64,000 bases of DNA. Origin: Spirochaetota bacterium (GTDB lineage: Bacteria > Spirochaetota > Spirochaetia > Treponematales > UBA12059). Within the stretch, counting starts at the first letter, position 1; each line of letters opens with the position of its first letter. A program made the translations under genes and the position numbers. This document shows positions 28,208 to 37,561 of this stretch, piece by piece. Under the pieces are notes generated by a model. That model was given only the letters and a program-made list of their open reading frames with translations, did not search any database and was not told the DNA's origin. The stretch covers positions 463 through 64,462 of the forward strand of contig JAHIWG010000097.1 in NCBI GenBank assembly GCA_018816345.1, read 5' to 3'.

Positions 28208-28654
28208 ATGAATAACGAGAACGCCCTCGCGAAGGTAAGCCTCTTCGCCAACCTCGAGCAGAGGTATATCAAGGGCATCGCCCAAATATGCACGGAACGC
28301 GACTTCGCGGCCGGGGACCACCTGATGAAGCAGGGAGAGGACGGCATCGGCCTCTTCATCATCCTGTCGGGCAAGGTGAAGATCGAGAAGACGAACGCGT
28401 CGGGCGCCTCCGTGGAGATAGCCTCTAACGGACCGGGAGATATAATGGGCGAGCTGGCCGTGCTCGACGGCGCGAAGCGCACGGCCACGGTCACGGCCAC
28501 CGAGCCCACCAAGTGCCTCGTCCTGGCCTCGTGGGAGTTCACCTCGTTCATGAAGGCTCACCCGGAGGTGGCCATCCATATCCTGCCTATCGTGGTCCAG
28601 CGCTTCAGGGAGACGAACGACGCCCTGATAGGCGTCTCGGGAGTCAGGTCCTAA
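28208..28654 (+). CDS. Stand-alone cyclic-nucleotide-binding (CAP effector) domain protein
   Basis: 148 aa containing LFANLEQRYIKGIA, GLFIILSGKVKI and GELAVLDGAKRTATVTA, the PBC-like segment with Arg. No output domain. Confidence 0.85.
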   Translation: MNNENALAKVSLFANLEQRYIKGIAQICTERDFAAGDHLMKQGEDGIGLFIILSGKVKIEKTNASGASVEIASNGPGDIMGELAVLDGAKRTATVTATEPTKCLVLASWEFTSFMKAHPEVAIHILPIVVQRFRETNDALIGVSGVRS

Positions 28655-29373
28655 GCCCCGGGATCCCACGCGAAGCGGCGTAGCACGGCCTCGTGGTCGA
28701 GGGCGGCCGCCCCGCCCTCGACCACCATGTCGGCGACGGCGAAGTCCTCCGGCCCGGGCGAGCCCGGCGCCGGCAGGGCGACGCAGGCCATGCCGGCGGC
28801 CAGGGCCGCGGCCACGCCGTACCGGGAGTCCTCGAGCACGAGGCAGGCCTCCGGCGCGACCCCGCAGCGCCTCGCCGCCTCTATGAATATATCCGGCGCC
28901 GGCTTGCCGCGCGGCACCTCGGCGGACGAGACCCGTACGGGGAATAGACCTCCCAGGCCGCTCGCCTCGAGCATGACCGCGATGACGTCGGGGGAGGAGC
29001 CCGAGGCTATGGCCAGCGGGACGCCCATCCCGGCGAGCGCCTTGGCCAGGGCGACGGAGGCCGGGAACGGCGCGACGCGGGCCGGGGCGAACCGGGAGTA
29101 GGCCTCGTCCTTGAGCCTTATTCTCTCCTCGAGCGGCACGTCGCCCAGGGGGCTGTCGGGGAATGAGCGCGCCAGCGCCCTCATCATCTCCATGGAGCCG
29201 CGCCCGATGAACGAGGCGTTCAAAGCCTCGTCGTAATCGATGCCGTACGCCGACAGGAAGGCCCTGTCGCTCTCGAAATACGCGGGCTCGGAATCCAGGA
29301 GCGTCCCGTCCATGTCGAATAGCACAGCGGCGACTCGCCTGCGGGCCGCCGCGCCGTTCTCGTCATCGATCAC
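28651..29373 (-). CDS. HAD-superfamily hydrolase (beta-phosphoglucomutase/phosphatase-like, subfamily IA)
   Basis: Motif I AVLFDMDGTLLDSEP, motif II IASGS and motif IV LVLEDSRYGVAAA. Confidence 0.85.
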   Translation of the reverse strand: MIDDENGAAARRRVAAVLFDMDGTLLDSEPAYFESDRAFLSAYGIDYDEALNASFIGRGSMEMMRALARSFPDSPLGDVPLEERIRLKDEAYSRFAPARVAPFPASVALAKALAGMGVPLAIASGSSPDVIAVMLEASGLGGLFPVRVSSAEVPRGKPAPDIFIEAARRCGVAPEACLVLEDSRYGVAAALAAGMACVALPAPGSPGPEDFAVADMVVEGGAAALDHEAVLRRFAWDPGA

Positions 29374-30292
29374 CGTCGGAGGCCTTCCTGCCCGGCCGGG
29401 CGCGTACTATCGAGAACAGGCGCCGCGCCAGCCCGAGCTTCCCGAAGGTCAGCCACCATAGCGCCGCCGCGGCGAGTACGGCGGGCACTCCGTAGACGAC
29501 GAGGCCCACGAGGACGACGAGCCCCGATCGCAGCGCGCCCGCGAAGCCTGCGAACAGGCGCGACAGCGACTCCCCGAGGGTAGGCTCGGAAGGATCCGAG
29601 GACCGCGTCGCCCTGATCGACAGCGTAAGCGTCGCGAGCTCGATCCGCTCGCCCAGGTCCCGGAACGAGCCCTCGAGCCGCTCTATCTCGCCCGTCGTCT
29701 CGGAGAGGCGGGCCTCCACGGCGAGCATGTCCTCGACGCTCGAGGCCTTGCGCAGGTACTCGCGGTACCGCTCCTCGAGGAGGCGCGCGTTCTTGAGCCT
29801 ACCCGCCAGGTCGAAATAGCTGTCGGTCACGTCCTGGGCCGAGACCGAGCGGGATCGGGTCTTCCCCGCGCCCGCCATCTCGTCCATCAACGGCTCCAGG
29901 AAGGCTACCGGCACCCTCAGCTCCAGGTACACCGACGACTCGTCGGCCTGGCGCACGGCCGCGTAGCCGCCGGCCTTCCGGACCGCGAGCAGGGCGGCTT
30001 CCTCGGCGGCGGTGGGGTCGTCTACCTCGACGCTCATGTCGGCGCGATAGACGAGCTTCCTGCCAGCTACGTCGGGTCGATCGGGCGTCGCCGAATCCTC
30101 GGCCGGGGACCCGGCGAGGAGGCTCATCGAGGCCCTCTTCGCCCGGCCGCCAGCGGGAGCCGCGGGCGCCGCCTCGGCGAGCGCCATCTCGTAGGACCCG
30201 GCCGTATCGCTACGGGCGCACGAGGCGCCCAGGGCCAAGGCCGCGAAGGCCGCGACAGTCGCCGCGGCGAGCGCTGCAGTACGTCTATGCAT
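29363..30292 (-). CDS. DUF4349-like lipoprotein
   Basis: ATG at 30292 gives MHRRTAALAAATVAAFAALALGASC, a lipobox-like signal. It has a coiled-coil middle (DSYFDLAGRLKNARLLEERYREYL) and a C-terminal TM pair. The ORF-track start at 30514 would overlap truA. Confidence 0.65.
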   Translation of the reverse strand: MHRRTAALAAATVAAFAALALGASCARSDTAGSYEMALAEAAPAAPAGGRAKRASMSLLAGSPAEDSATPDRPDVAGRKLVYRADMSVEVDDPTAAEEAALLAVRKAGGYAAVRQADESSVYLELRVPVAFLEPLMDEMAGAGKTRSRSVSAQDVTDSYFDLAGRLKNARLLEERYREYLRKASSVEDMLAVEARLSETTGEIERLEGSFRDLGERIELATLTLSIRATRSSDPSEPTLGESLSRLFAGFAGALRSGLVVLVGLVVYGVPAVLAAAALWWLTFGKLGLARRLFSIVRARPGRKASDGDR

Positions 30293-30308
30293 CGTTCCTC
30301 TCCATTCG

Positions 30309-31133
30309 TTAGTCGCCGAGGCCGGCCTCGTCTCGGCCGGCGTCTGCTCGGCCGGCGTCGACGCGGCGGCCGGATCTCGTGGGCGGGTCGTAATATTCCA
30401 CGTTCCATAGGAACAATCCCCGGGCCGGTGCGGTAACGCCGGCCCGCCCCCTTTCGCGCGACTCGAGGATATCTCGCATCGCCGTCTCGGGGGCTCCGGA
30501 GGCGTCCAGTTCAACGAGAGTGCCCACTATCGAGCGGACCATGCGCCACAGGAACGCGTTGGCGGCTATGTCGAAGACCAGGGCGTCGCCCTCGGCGTAG
30601 AAGGCGGCGTGATGCAGGTACCGCATGCGGCTATCGCTCGGGTCCTTGGCCGCCGCGAAGGCGTCGCAGTCTACCTCGCCGCGCAGGCACGAGGCGAGCC
30701 GGTTGAGCCGCGCCATATCGGGCCGCTTAAAGACGCGCCAGGCGAAGCGATCCTGATGGGGTAGCTGGGCCGGGCCTACCCGGATGTAGTACTTGTAGCG
30801 GCGGAGCCTGGCGTCGAAGCGCGCGTGGAAGTCGGGATGGGCGTCCGCGGCCCTGACTATCCGTACGTCGGGGGGCATGAGCCTGTTAAGCGCGGGCTCG
30901 AATCGGTCGGCGGGAATGCTCGCGATGTCGGTTACGAAATGCGCGACCTGCCCCGCCGCGTGCACGCCCGAGTCCGTGCGCCCGGCGCCTACTATCGGCA
31001 CGGGATGCCCGTGCATCCTGGCGAGCGCCGACTCTATCGCCTCCTGAACCGTCCGGCATCCCGACTGCCTCTGCCAGCCGCAGAAATCGGTGCCGTCATA
31101 GCCGACGACGAGCTTGACGACGCGGTCACTCAT
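30309..31133 (-). CDS. truA: tRNA pseudouridine(38-40) synthase TruA
   Basis: VVGYDGTDFCGWQRQ and the catalytic GAGRTDSGVHA. Confidence 0.9.
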   Translation of the reverse strand: MSDRVVKLVVGYDGTDFCGWQRQSGCRTVQEAIESALARMHGHPVPIVGAGRTDSGVHAAGQVAHFVTDIASIPADRFEPALNRLMPPDVRIVRAADAHPDFHARFDARLRRYKYYIRVGPAQLPHQDRFAWRVFKRPDMARLNRLASCLRGEVDCDAFAAAKDPSDSRMRYLHHAAFYAEGDALVFDIAANAFLWRMVRSIVGTLVELDASGAPETAMRDILESRERGRAGVTAPARGLFLWNVEYYDPPTRSGRRVDAGRADAGRDEAGLGD

Positions 31134-32007
31134 CCTCTTCGTCGCCCTCCTGAAGCTCGGCCTTGAGCCTATCGTACAGGTCGCGGGCCTTCTCGAGGAG
31201 GGGGCCGGGCTTGGACTTGTTCTTCTTGCCGAAGCCGAACATCCTGGCCACCGAGGTCTTGGCGGCCTTCAGCCGCTCGCGCCTGACGGCGGGATCGTCC
31301 GTCGGGCCGTACTTGAGCTCGAGTATGGCTGCCATATAGAGGACGCCCTCGTGGCCGTAGTTCTTATCGGTATCGGGGCCGAGGTTCCGCTGGGAGGAGT
31401 ACGGCTCCTTGCCGTTCTGCTCCAGCTCTATGGCCGCGCGGTAGTAGAAGCGGGCCTTGCGGTATAGGAGGCCGACGACGTAATCCCAGTTCTCGTTGGG
31501 GGCCTTGGCGTGCAGCTCGTGGCATAGCCAGGCGGAGCGCACCGAGGCGATGGCGCACTTGATGGTAGGCGCGAATTCCTTGGAGAAGGTATCGTAGGAG
31601 AGCAGGGCCAGGTAATAGCTCGCGGCGCCCTCGAGCACGCCCCTGGGCGATTGATAATCGAGGGGGGAGAAGATCCGCTGGACCTCCTCGACCCGTGAAT
31701 CGATGCGCTCCCTGAGGACCTCGGCGAATTTCTGGCCCGCCGGCAGGAAGTCCTGCCTGAAGGCGGCGTAGAAGCACGACGGGCAGACCTCGAGCTCGTA
31801 GACCAGCGGCAGGACCTCGCCGAACGCGTGGAGCGGCTTATAGGTCCTATGGAGCTCGTCGGTCATCTCGTCGGCGCTCACGCGGCCCGAGAACAGCTCC
31901 TCGCGATGGAAGCTCGCGTCGCAAACGGGGCAGCGCGTAGGTTCCTTGGCGTAGAAGGTTACCTTACGGTCCTTCCCGGGCTTCTTGGCGGTCTGTATCC
32001 TCTGCAC
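31126..32007 (-). CDS. DUF2225-family zinc-ribbon/TPR-like protein
   Basis: N-terminal CPVC...CPSC zinc ribbon (TRCPVCDASF...VCPSCFYAAF) followed by a helical repeat region. Starts immediately after the acpS stop. Confidence 0.7.
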   Translation of the reverse strand: MQRIQTAKKPGKDRKVTFYAKEPTRCPVCDASFHREELFSGRVSADEMTDELHRTYKPLHAFGEVLPLVYELEVCPSCFYAAFRQDFLPAGQKFAEVLRERIDSRVEEVQRIFSPLDYQSPRGVLEGAASYYLALLSYDTFSKEFAPTIKCAIASVRSAWLCHELHAKAPNENWDYVVGLLYRKARFYYRAAIELEQNGKEPYSSQRNLGPDTDKNYGHEGVLYMAAILELKYGPTDDPAVRRERLKAAKTSVARMFGFGKKNKSKPGPLLEKARDLYDRLKAELQEGDEEDE

Positions 32008-32379
32008 CTAGGCCTCCAGCACTACCATGGCGATGGCGTTGTCGCTCTCGTGGGTCAGCGACAGGTGGATTGACGAGCATCCTAGAGCCCTGAACTTATC
32101 GAGGGCGCCTCCGTACAGCCTCATGTCGGGCCTTCCGTTATGGTTATTGATGACCCGGATATCGCTTAGCCGGACGCCCCTCAGCCCCGTGCCTATAGCC
32201 TTGCCGAACGCTTCCTTGGCGGCGAACCTGGCGGCGAGGGACAGCGCGGCGCTCGTGCCGCGGGAACGGGCCGAGGACAGCTCGTCTGGATGGAAGAAGC
32301 GCTCCGGCAGGCCGGGCACCGATAGCCAATGCGCTATCCTGCGGACGTGAACGACGTCCACGCCTATGCCGAGTATCAC
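32008..32379 (-). CDS. acpS: Holo-[acyl-carrier-protein] synthase
   Basis: GTG at 32379 overlaps the cdaR stop (GTGA). Motifs ILGIGVDVVHVRRI, FAAKEAFGKA and SLTHE. Confidence 0.85.
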   Translation of the reverse strand: MILGIGVDVVHVRRIAHWLSVPGLPERFFHPDELSSARSRGTSAALSLAARFAAKEAFGKAIGTGLRGVRLSDIRVINNHNGRPDMRLYGGALDKFRALGCSSIHLSLTHESDNAIAMVVLEA

Positions 32380-33344
32380 GGTACGGCCTCCTCGGGCGGG
32401 CCGTCGGCGGCCCGCTCTACCGAGACGGTAGCGACGACCGGCTGCCACGACTCGACGTCGAAGCCCGCGGGGAAGCGAGGCACGACGGCGACGGCGTACA
32501 CGCCCGGCTCCTCGATATTGGACAGGTCCGCCTCCAGGGAGCCCAGCGACGGCATGAAGGCCTCGAGCTCCGAGCTCGAGGCGGCGACCCTGGCGGAGCC
32601 TATCGGCACCGGAGTCCGGAGGCTCAGCCCCTCCCGGAGGCCGACGAACAGCACCTCCAGCTCCTGGTAGTTCCGGTATACGAGGGCCTTCTTGACCTCG
32701 GCGCTGAATTCCAGGGAGTTGGCCGATAAAAGCCCGATGAGCGGGTCGCGGAGGGCGATCTTCGTCCTGACCGTGAAATTATCGGAGCGGCCGGTCAGCT
32801 CTATAGGCTCGGTGGCCGCGTCGACTATGCGGTCCATGGCGCTGGCCGGCCCCGCGACCTCGATCTTCGACGGTGAAAGCTTAAAGCCGGACAGCTCGTA
32901 CCCCGGCTCCAGGTAGCCCCTGAAGCTAGGCACGACCTGTATCTCCTTGACCACCCGGGGCTCTATCGAGAGGGCGACGTCGGAGGGATCCACGCTTATC
33001 TCCAGGGGGTCGATGCCGAGAGCGCTCCCGCGCTTCTCCACCCGGACGGGCACGCGCCAGACGCCGGCGTTGGTATAGCCGCGCAGGTCGATGGTCGCCT
33101 CGAGGTCGCCCTCGAGCACGGCGTAGATGGCGTTAGACTCTCCCCTAAGCACGAGCCTGACGGTGCGGGGGTACTGGCTGGCGGGGACGAATTCCTCGTT
33201 GGACACGACTGTAAGCGGCACCGACAGAGGCCGTTCCTCGAGCCTGTTGAGCTGGTAGAAGAAGAACAGGGCGACGGCGCCGGCCAGCGACAGTATCTTC
33301 GCCGGCCAGTCCGAGACGAAGCGCTCCAGCCTGGCCTTAATCAT
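32376..33344 (-). CDS. cdaR: YbbR-domain protein (CdaR-like regulator of diadenylate cyclase)
   Basis: N-terminal TM anchor and repeated YbbR-like beta modules. Overlaps the cdaA 3' end by 8 nt. Confidence 0.75.
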   Translation of the reverse strand: MIKARLERFVSDWPAKILSLAGAVALFFFYQLNRLEERPLSVPLTVVSNEEFVPASQYPRTVRLVLRGESNAIYAVLEGDLEATIDLRGYTNAGVWRVPVRVEKRGSALGIDPLEISVDPSDVALSIEPRVVKEIQVVPSFRGYLEPGYELSGFKLSPSKIEVAGPASAMDRIVDAATEPIELTGRSDNFTVRTKIALRDPLIGLLSANSLEFSAEVKKALVYRNYQELEVLFVGLREGLSLRTPVPIGSARVAASSSELEAFMPSLGSLEADLSNIEEPGVYAVAVVPRFPAGFDVESWQPVVATVSVERAADGPPEEAVP

Positions 33345-34137
33345 CGAAGGGCCCCTCGTCGGTAGATGGCCTGCCCGAATAGTCGAGCAGCTGGCCCAGG
33401 CGCTTCTTGAGCGCGGGAAGGCTCAGGTTGTAATAGAGCCTCGCGTCGTAGGCCAGCGATATGGCGCCGGTCTCCTCGGAGACGATGAGCACGACCGCGT
33501 CGGCCGCCTCGGTGAGGCCCAGGGCGGCTCGGTGCCTCGTCCCGAAGCTCCGCTTTATATCGCGCTGCTCGGACAGGGGCAGGAAGCAGCCGGCCGCGAC
33601 GATGCGGCCCTCCTTGATGATGAGCGCGCCGTCGTGCAGGGGCGTATCGAACTCGAAGATCGACAGGATCAGGGACGAGCTTACCTCGCCGTCTATCCTC
33701 GTCCCGCGCTCGACTATATCGTCGAGGGCGACGTACCTCACGAAGGCCAGGAGGGCCCCTCGGCGCTTCTCGGCGAGCAGCTCGGCCGCGTGGAGTATCG
33801 CGTCCAGCTGCGTCGAGCGGGGTCCCTGGCCGCGCTTGAAGATGCCGCCCTGCCCTAGCTTTATGAATATCTTGCGCAGCTCCGGCTGGAAGATGATCGC
33901 GAGCGCGATGACGAGGCCGGGGGCAAGGAGGTTGAGCACCCAGGAAAGGGTCTCGAGCTTGAGGAAGAACGCGCCGGCGTATACGACGACGAGCAGGGCC
34001 GCCCCCTTGGCGAGCTGGACGGCCTGGGTCTTGAGGAGCAGCCTATAGGTGGCGTAGATGAGGTACGTGAGTATGACTATATCGAGCGCGGGGCGCACCC
34101 AGCGGTCGAGCACGCTCGTGAACGCGAAGATACCCAT
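33337..34137 (-). CDS. cdaA: Diadenylate cyclase CdaA (DisA_N domain, membrane-anchored)
   Basis: ATG at 34137 (MGIFAFTSVLDRW), three TM helices, and DAC motifs HDGALII and GTRHRAALG. The ORF-track start at 34404 runs into folP. Confidence 0.9.
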   Translation of the reverse strand: MGIFAFTSVLDRWVRPALDIVILTYLIYATYRLLLKTQAVQLAKGAALLVVVYAGAFFLKLETLSWVLNLLAPGLVIALAIIFQPELRKIFIKLGQGGIFKRGQGPRSTQLDAILHAAELLAEKRRGALLAFVRYVALDDIVERGTRIDGEVSSSLILSIFEFDTPLHDGALIIKEGRIVAAGCFLPLSEQRDIKRSFGTRHRAALGLTEAADAVVLIVSEETGAISLAYDARLYYNLSLPALKKRLGQLLDYSGRPSTDEGPFDD

Positions 34138-34165
34138 CGTTCCGTCCGTCCGCCTTCCCGCGTCG

Positions 34166-35032
34166 CTATCCGGCCGACGGGAGGATGGGCCTCCCGGCCG
34201 CCGCGTCGAATACGGCCAGCGCCTGGACCGTCTCGGCGACGTCGTGCACCCTGAAGATCGTCGCGCCCCTCGCCCTGGCGGCGCAGGCGGCGGCCAGGCT
34301 ACCGGGGAGCCTGGCGTCCGGCCCGGCGCCCGATACGGCCCCGATGAACGACTTCCGGGATAGCCCGACGAGGACAGGATAGCCCGGCTCCGCGATTTCA
34401 TCAAGCCGAGAGAGCAGCGCGAGGTTGTCTTCCAAGCGCTTCCCGAAGCCTATGCCCGGGTCGACGACTATGCGGTCGCGGGCGACGCCAGCGGCGACGG
34501 CGCGATCGGCGGCCGACAACAGGAAATCCAGCACCTCGCCGACGCAGTCGACGTACCACGGCGAATCCTGCATATGGGCGGGAACGCCTTTCTTATGCAT
34601 GAGCACGACGGGAACGCCCCTCGAGCCGCACAGCGGCGCGAGGGCGGGGTCGTCCATGAGGGCGGCCACGTCGTTCACGATGTCGGCTCCGGCGTCAAGA
34701 GCGGCCGCGGCCACCGCGGCTTTCCTCGTATCCACCGATATCGCGACGTCCCAGCGGGCGCGAACGGCCTCGATCACGGGCACGACGCGGGATATCTCCT
34801 CGTCGGCGCCGACGTACTCGGAGCCCGGCCTCGTGCTCTCTCCGCCCACGTCTATGACGGAGGCTCCCGCCTCGAGCATCGAGGCTACGGCGTCGACGGC
34901 GGCCGCGACGTCGGAGACCCTGCTTCCCGCGTAGAACGAGTCCGGCGTCGCGTTGACGATGCCCATGACGACGGCGCGGCCGTCGAGGTCCAGGCTGCGG
35001 CCCCTCGGGAGGGCCAGCGAGCGAGGTGTCAT
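34166..35032 (-). CDS. folP: Dihydropteroate synthase
   Basis: MGIVNATPDSFYAGS, DVGGESTRPG and the pterin-binding fold pattern. 4-nt overlap with the dxs stop. Confidence 0.9.
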   Translation of the reverse strand: MTPRSLALPRGRSLDLDGRAVVMGIVNATPDSFYAGSRVSDVAAAVDAVASMLEAGASVIDVGGESTRPGSEYVGADEEISRVVPVIEAVRARWDVAISVDTRKAAVAAAALDAGADIVNDVAALMDDPALAPLCGSRGVPVVLMHKKGVPAHMQDSPWYVDCVGEVLDFLLSAADRAVAAGVARDRIVVDPGIGFGKRLEDNLALLSRLDEIAEPGYPVLVGLSRKSFIGAVSGAGPDARLPGSLAAACAARARGATIFRVHDVAETVQALAVFDAAAGRPILPSAG

Positions 35033-36993
35033 GCCGGGCCCGCCGCGGAGCCCGAGGCCGCTATCGCAGGTTCCTCGCCAGCGAGCGCCGCGAGAGCCGT
35101 CCGCGCGAGCGAGGCGGCCGACAAGCCCGCCTGGGCGAGCAGCTCGTCCCGCTTGGCCTGCGGGAGCGGCCTCTCGCCGAAGCCCAGGGCGACGGCCCTG
35201 CGGCCCGAGGCGAGGATGGCGGCGGCGAGGTCGGCGACGGCGCCGCCGGTCAATACGCCCTCCTCCGCTAGCACGACGAGGCTATAGCGGCGGGCCATCT
35301 CGACGACGCCCCCCGTATCGAGCGGCTTCAGGAACCGAAGGTTATAGACGTCGGCGGCGACCCCCTCAGAGGCGCAGGCGTCGGAAGCGGAGAGAGCCTC
35401 GTCGACGAGGGCGCCGGAGGCGATGAACAGCAAGGGCGCCGAGGACTCGCTACGCCTGACATAGACGCCCTTCCCGGCCGTGAACGGCTCGGCGAAGGCG
35501 GGCCGCTCGGCGGGGCAGACGGCCTTGGGGTACCTGACGATGGACGGCCCGTTGTTCGCGAGCGCCCAGTTCAGGGCGAGGCGCAGCTCCCCGGCGCTGG
35601 CGGGCGCCACGATCGACATGCCGGGCACCGCGCGGAAGGCCTGTATATCGTAGAGGCCCTGGTGCGTCTCGCCGTCGTCGGGTACCGCCCCGGCCCTATC
35701 GACCGCGAAGACCACGGGAAGGCCCGAGAGCGCTACGTCGTGGTGCACCTGGTCGAAGGCGCGCTGCAGGAAGGTCGAGTACAGCGCCACGACGGGCCGG
35801 AGCCCTCCAGCGGCCATGCCCGCCGCGAAGGTCACGGCGTGCTCCTCGGCGATGCCGACGTCGAACAGCCTATCGGGGTAGCGGCGATGGAACTCCGACA
35901 GCCCGGTTCCCGACGACATGGCGGCGGTGACGGCCGCGACCCGCGGGTCGGCCCCGGCCGCGGCCGTCACGGCCTGCCCGAAGGCCTCGGTGAACGTAGG
36001 CCGCTTGGGAACCGGCGCTCCCGCGGGATCGATAGGGTCCGAGGATAGCGAATCCGGCGACGCCGGCTGCACCGCGGGCGACGGCTGCGAAGCGGGCGAT
36101 ACGCCATGGAAGGCGGAAGGATTACGCTCGGCCGGCACGTGGCCCTTGCCCTTCTTGGTGACGACGTGGACGACGACCGGCTTCCGTATCGCGCGGGCCT
36201 CCTCGAGCACCTCGCATAGCAGGTGGATATTATGGCCGTCTATGGGTCCCGCGTACTCGAAGCCGAGGTCGACGAACAGGTTCTCCTTGAAGAATATGGC
36301 CTTGACGGCGCGCTTCATCCTGAGCACGAGCGGATGCAGGCGCGGCCCCATGAACGGCACGCCCAGTATCATCCTATCGAGCAGCCGCCTTACGCGCTGG
36401 TAGCGCGCCGTCGCCGACAGGCGCGACAGGTAGCTGGACACGGCCCCGACGTTCCGCGAGATCGACATGGCGTTGTCGTTCAGGACGACGATCAGCGGCA
36501 GGCCTAATTGCCCGGCGTGGCTCATCGCCTCGTAGGCCATGCCGCCGGTCAAGGCTCCGTCGCCTATGACCGCGACCACCGAGCCGGATCGGCCGAGCCC
36601 GGCGTTAGCCGCGAGGAGGCCGAGGGCGGCCGATATGGACGTGGAGGCGTGCCCCGCGTCGAACGCGTCGTGGACGCTCTCGGCGCGCTTAGGGAAGCCG
36701 GAGAGGCCGCCCGAGCGCCTGATCTGGCGGAAGGCCTCGTAGCGGCCCGTGACTATCTTGTGCGTATAGCACTGATGGCCGACGTCCCACACGATGGCGT
36801 CTGACGGCGTCTCGAACACGCGGTGCAAGGCGAGCGTCAATTCCACGACGCCTAGGTTGGACGCGAGATGGCCGCCGTTGACGGTGACGGTGCCGATGAT
36901 GAGGCCCCGTATCTCGGCGGCCAGGCCATAGAGTTCCCTGACCGAGAGACGTTTAATATCTCCAGGCCCTCGAATGCTTTCCAGGATTGCCAT
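35029..36993 (-). CDS. dxs: 1-deoxy-D-xylulose-5-phosphate synthase
   Basis: GGHLASNLGVVELTLALH, the GDG TPP motif (AVIGDGALTGGMAYEA) and IAEEHAVTFAAG. Start at ATG 36993 or 37011. Confidence 0.95.
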   Translation of the reverse strand: MAILESIRGPGDIKRLSVRELYGLAAEIRGLIIGTVTVNGGHLASNLGVVELTLALHRVFETPSDAIVWDVGHQCYTHKIVTGRYEAFRQIRRSGGLSGFPKRAESVHDAFDAGHASTSISAALGLLAANAGLGRSGSVVAVIGDGALTGGMAYEAMSHAGQLGLPLIVVLNDNAMSISRNVGAVSSYLSRLSATARYQRVRRLLDRMILGVPFMGPRLHPLVLRMKRAVKAIFFKENLFVDLGFEYAGPIDGHNIHLLCEVLEEARAIRKPVVVHVVTKKGKGHVPAERNPSAFHGVSPASQPSPAVQPASPDSLSSDPIDPAGAPVPKRPTFTEAFGQAVTAAAGADPRVAAVTAAMSSGTGLSEFHRRYPDRLFDVGIAEEHAVTFAAGMAAGGLRPVVALYSTFLQRAFDQVHHDVALSGLPVVFAVDRAGAVPDDGETHQGLYDIQAFRAVPGMSIVAPASAGELRLALNWALANNGPSIVRYPKAVCPAERPAFAEPFTAGKGVYVRRSESSAPLLFIASGALVDEALSASDACASEGVAADVYNLRFLKPLDTGGVVEMARRYSLVVLAEEGVLTGGAVADLAAAILASGRRAVALGFGERPLPQAKRDELLAQAGLSAASLARTALAALAGEEPAIAASGSAAGPA

Positions 36994-37052
36994 ACCCCTA
37001 TACATTACCACGGTTCAGAGCCGAGGGACTATACCCGGGCGCTCGGAATTAT

Positions 37053-37554
37053 GCATACTGCGCCCATGGACCTATTAACGCTCAACTTGCATAAAGCCCT
37101 GGAATGGCATAGGCACGCGGCCCGCCCGCTTCGAGCAGGCGCGTTCCCTGAGGCGTTCGCGGTCGCCGAATCGGCTCCCGAAGGCGCAGAGCTTGCCTTG
37201 TTCTGGGATTGGGACGCCGTCGTCGACCCGTCGGGGGACGACGGCCCCAAGGCCAGGCGCCCGCAGCCGGCGCCGGCTCGCGCGGCCGCTTCGGGCCTTG
37301 CCGCGTCGGGCTCCGCGCCGAGCGCCGACGAACCGGCCGCGGAGAGGCTAGAGCCGGGGCGTTACCTGTTCGTCCAATCGAGGAAGCCGGCCGGCCTCGA
37401 CGGCGGGGCCGCCGAGGCCTGGTTCGAGGACCTAGTAGAATGGTTCGCGCGCGAGGCGTGGTGGACCGGGGCCGAATGCTCCGGCGAGCTCGTAGCCCGC
37501 TTCGTGCGGGAAGACGGCAAGACGGCGGTACAGTTGCTCCGCCGCCTCGCTTAG
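37053..37554 (+). CDS. Hypothetical protein
   Basis: ATG at 37053 inside the ORF-track ORF 36868-37554; the upstream part overlaps dxs. No recognised motif. Low-complexity Ala/Pro middle. Convergent with alaS. Confidence 0.4.
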
Positions 37555-37561
37555 GGATAGG

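Noticed and set aside
27020-28669. 549-aa minus-strand ORF spanning three plus-strand genes.
   Set aside because: It crosses the unknown-protein/MscS/cNMP gene boundaries and intergenic promoter region, has junk composition (R, G, D, E, H runs), and has no motifs. The plus-strand genes have clear MscS and cNMP signatures.
33337-34404. ORF-track N-terminal extensions. Examples: cdaA to 34404, DUF4349 to 30514, MCP-like to 51801, ABC ATPase to 53087, methyltransferase from 19601, FGGY kinase from 12224, acpS to 32448.
   Set aside because: The extensions are Arg/Pro/Ser-rich and overlap the neighbouring genes. Internal starts restore canonical N-termini, signal peptides, RBSs or NTGA coupling.
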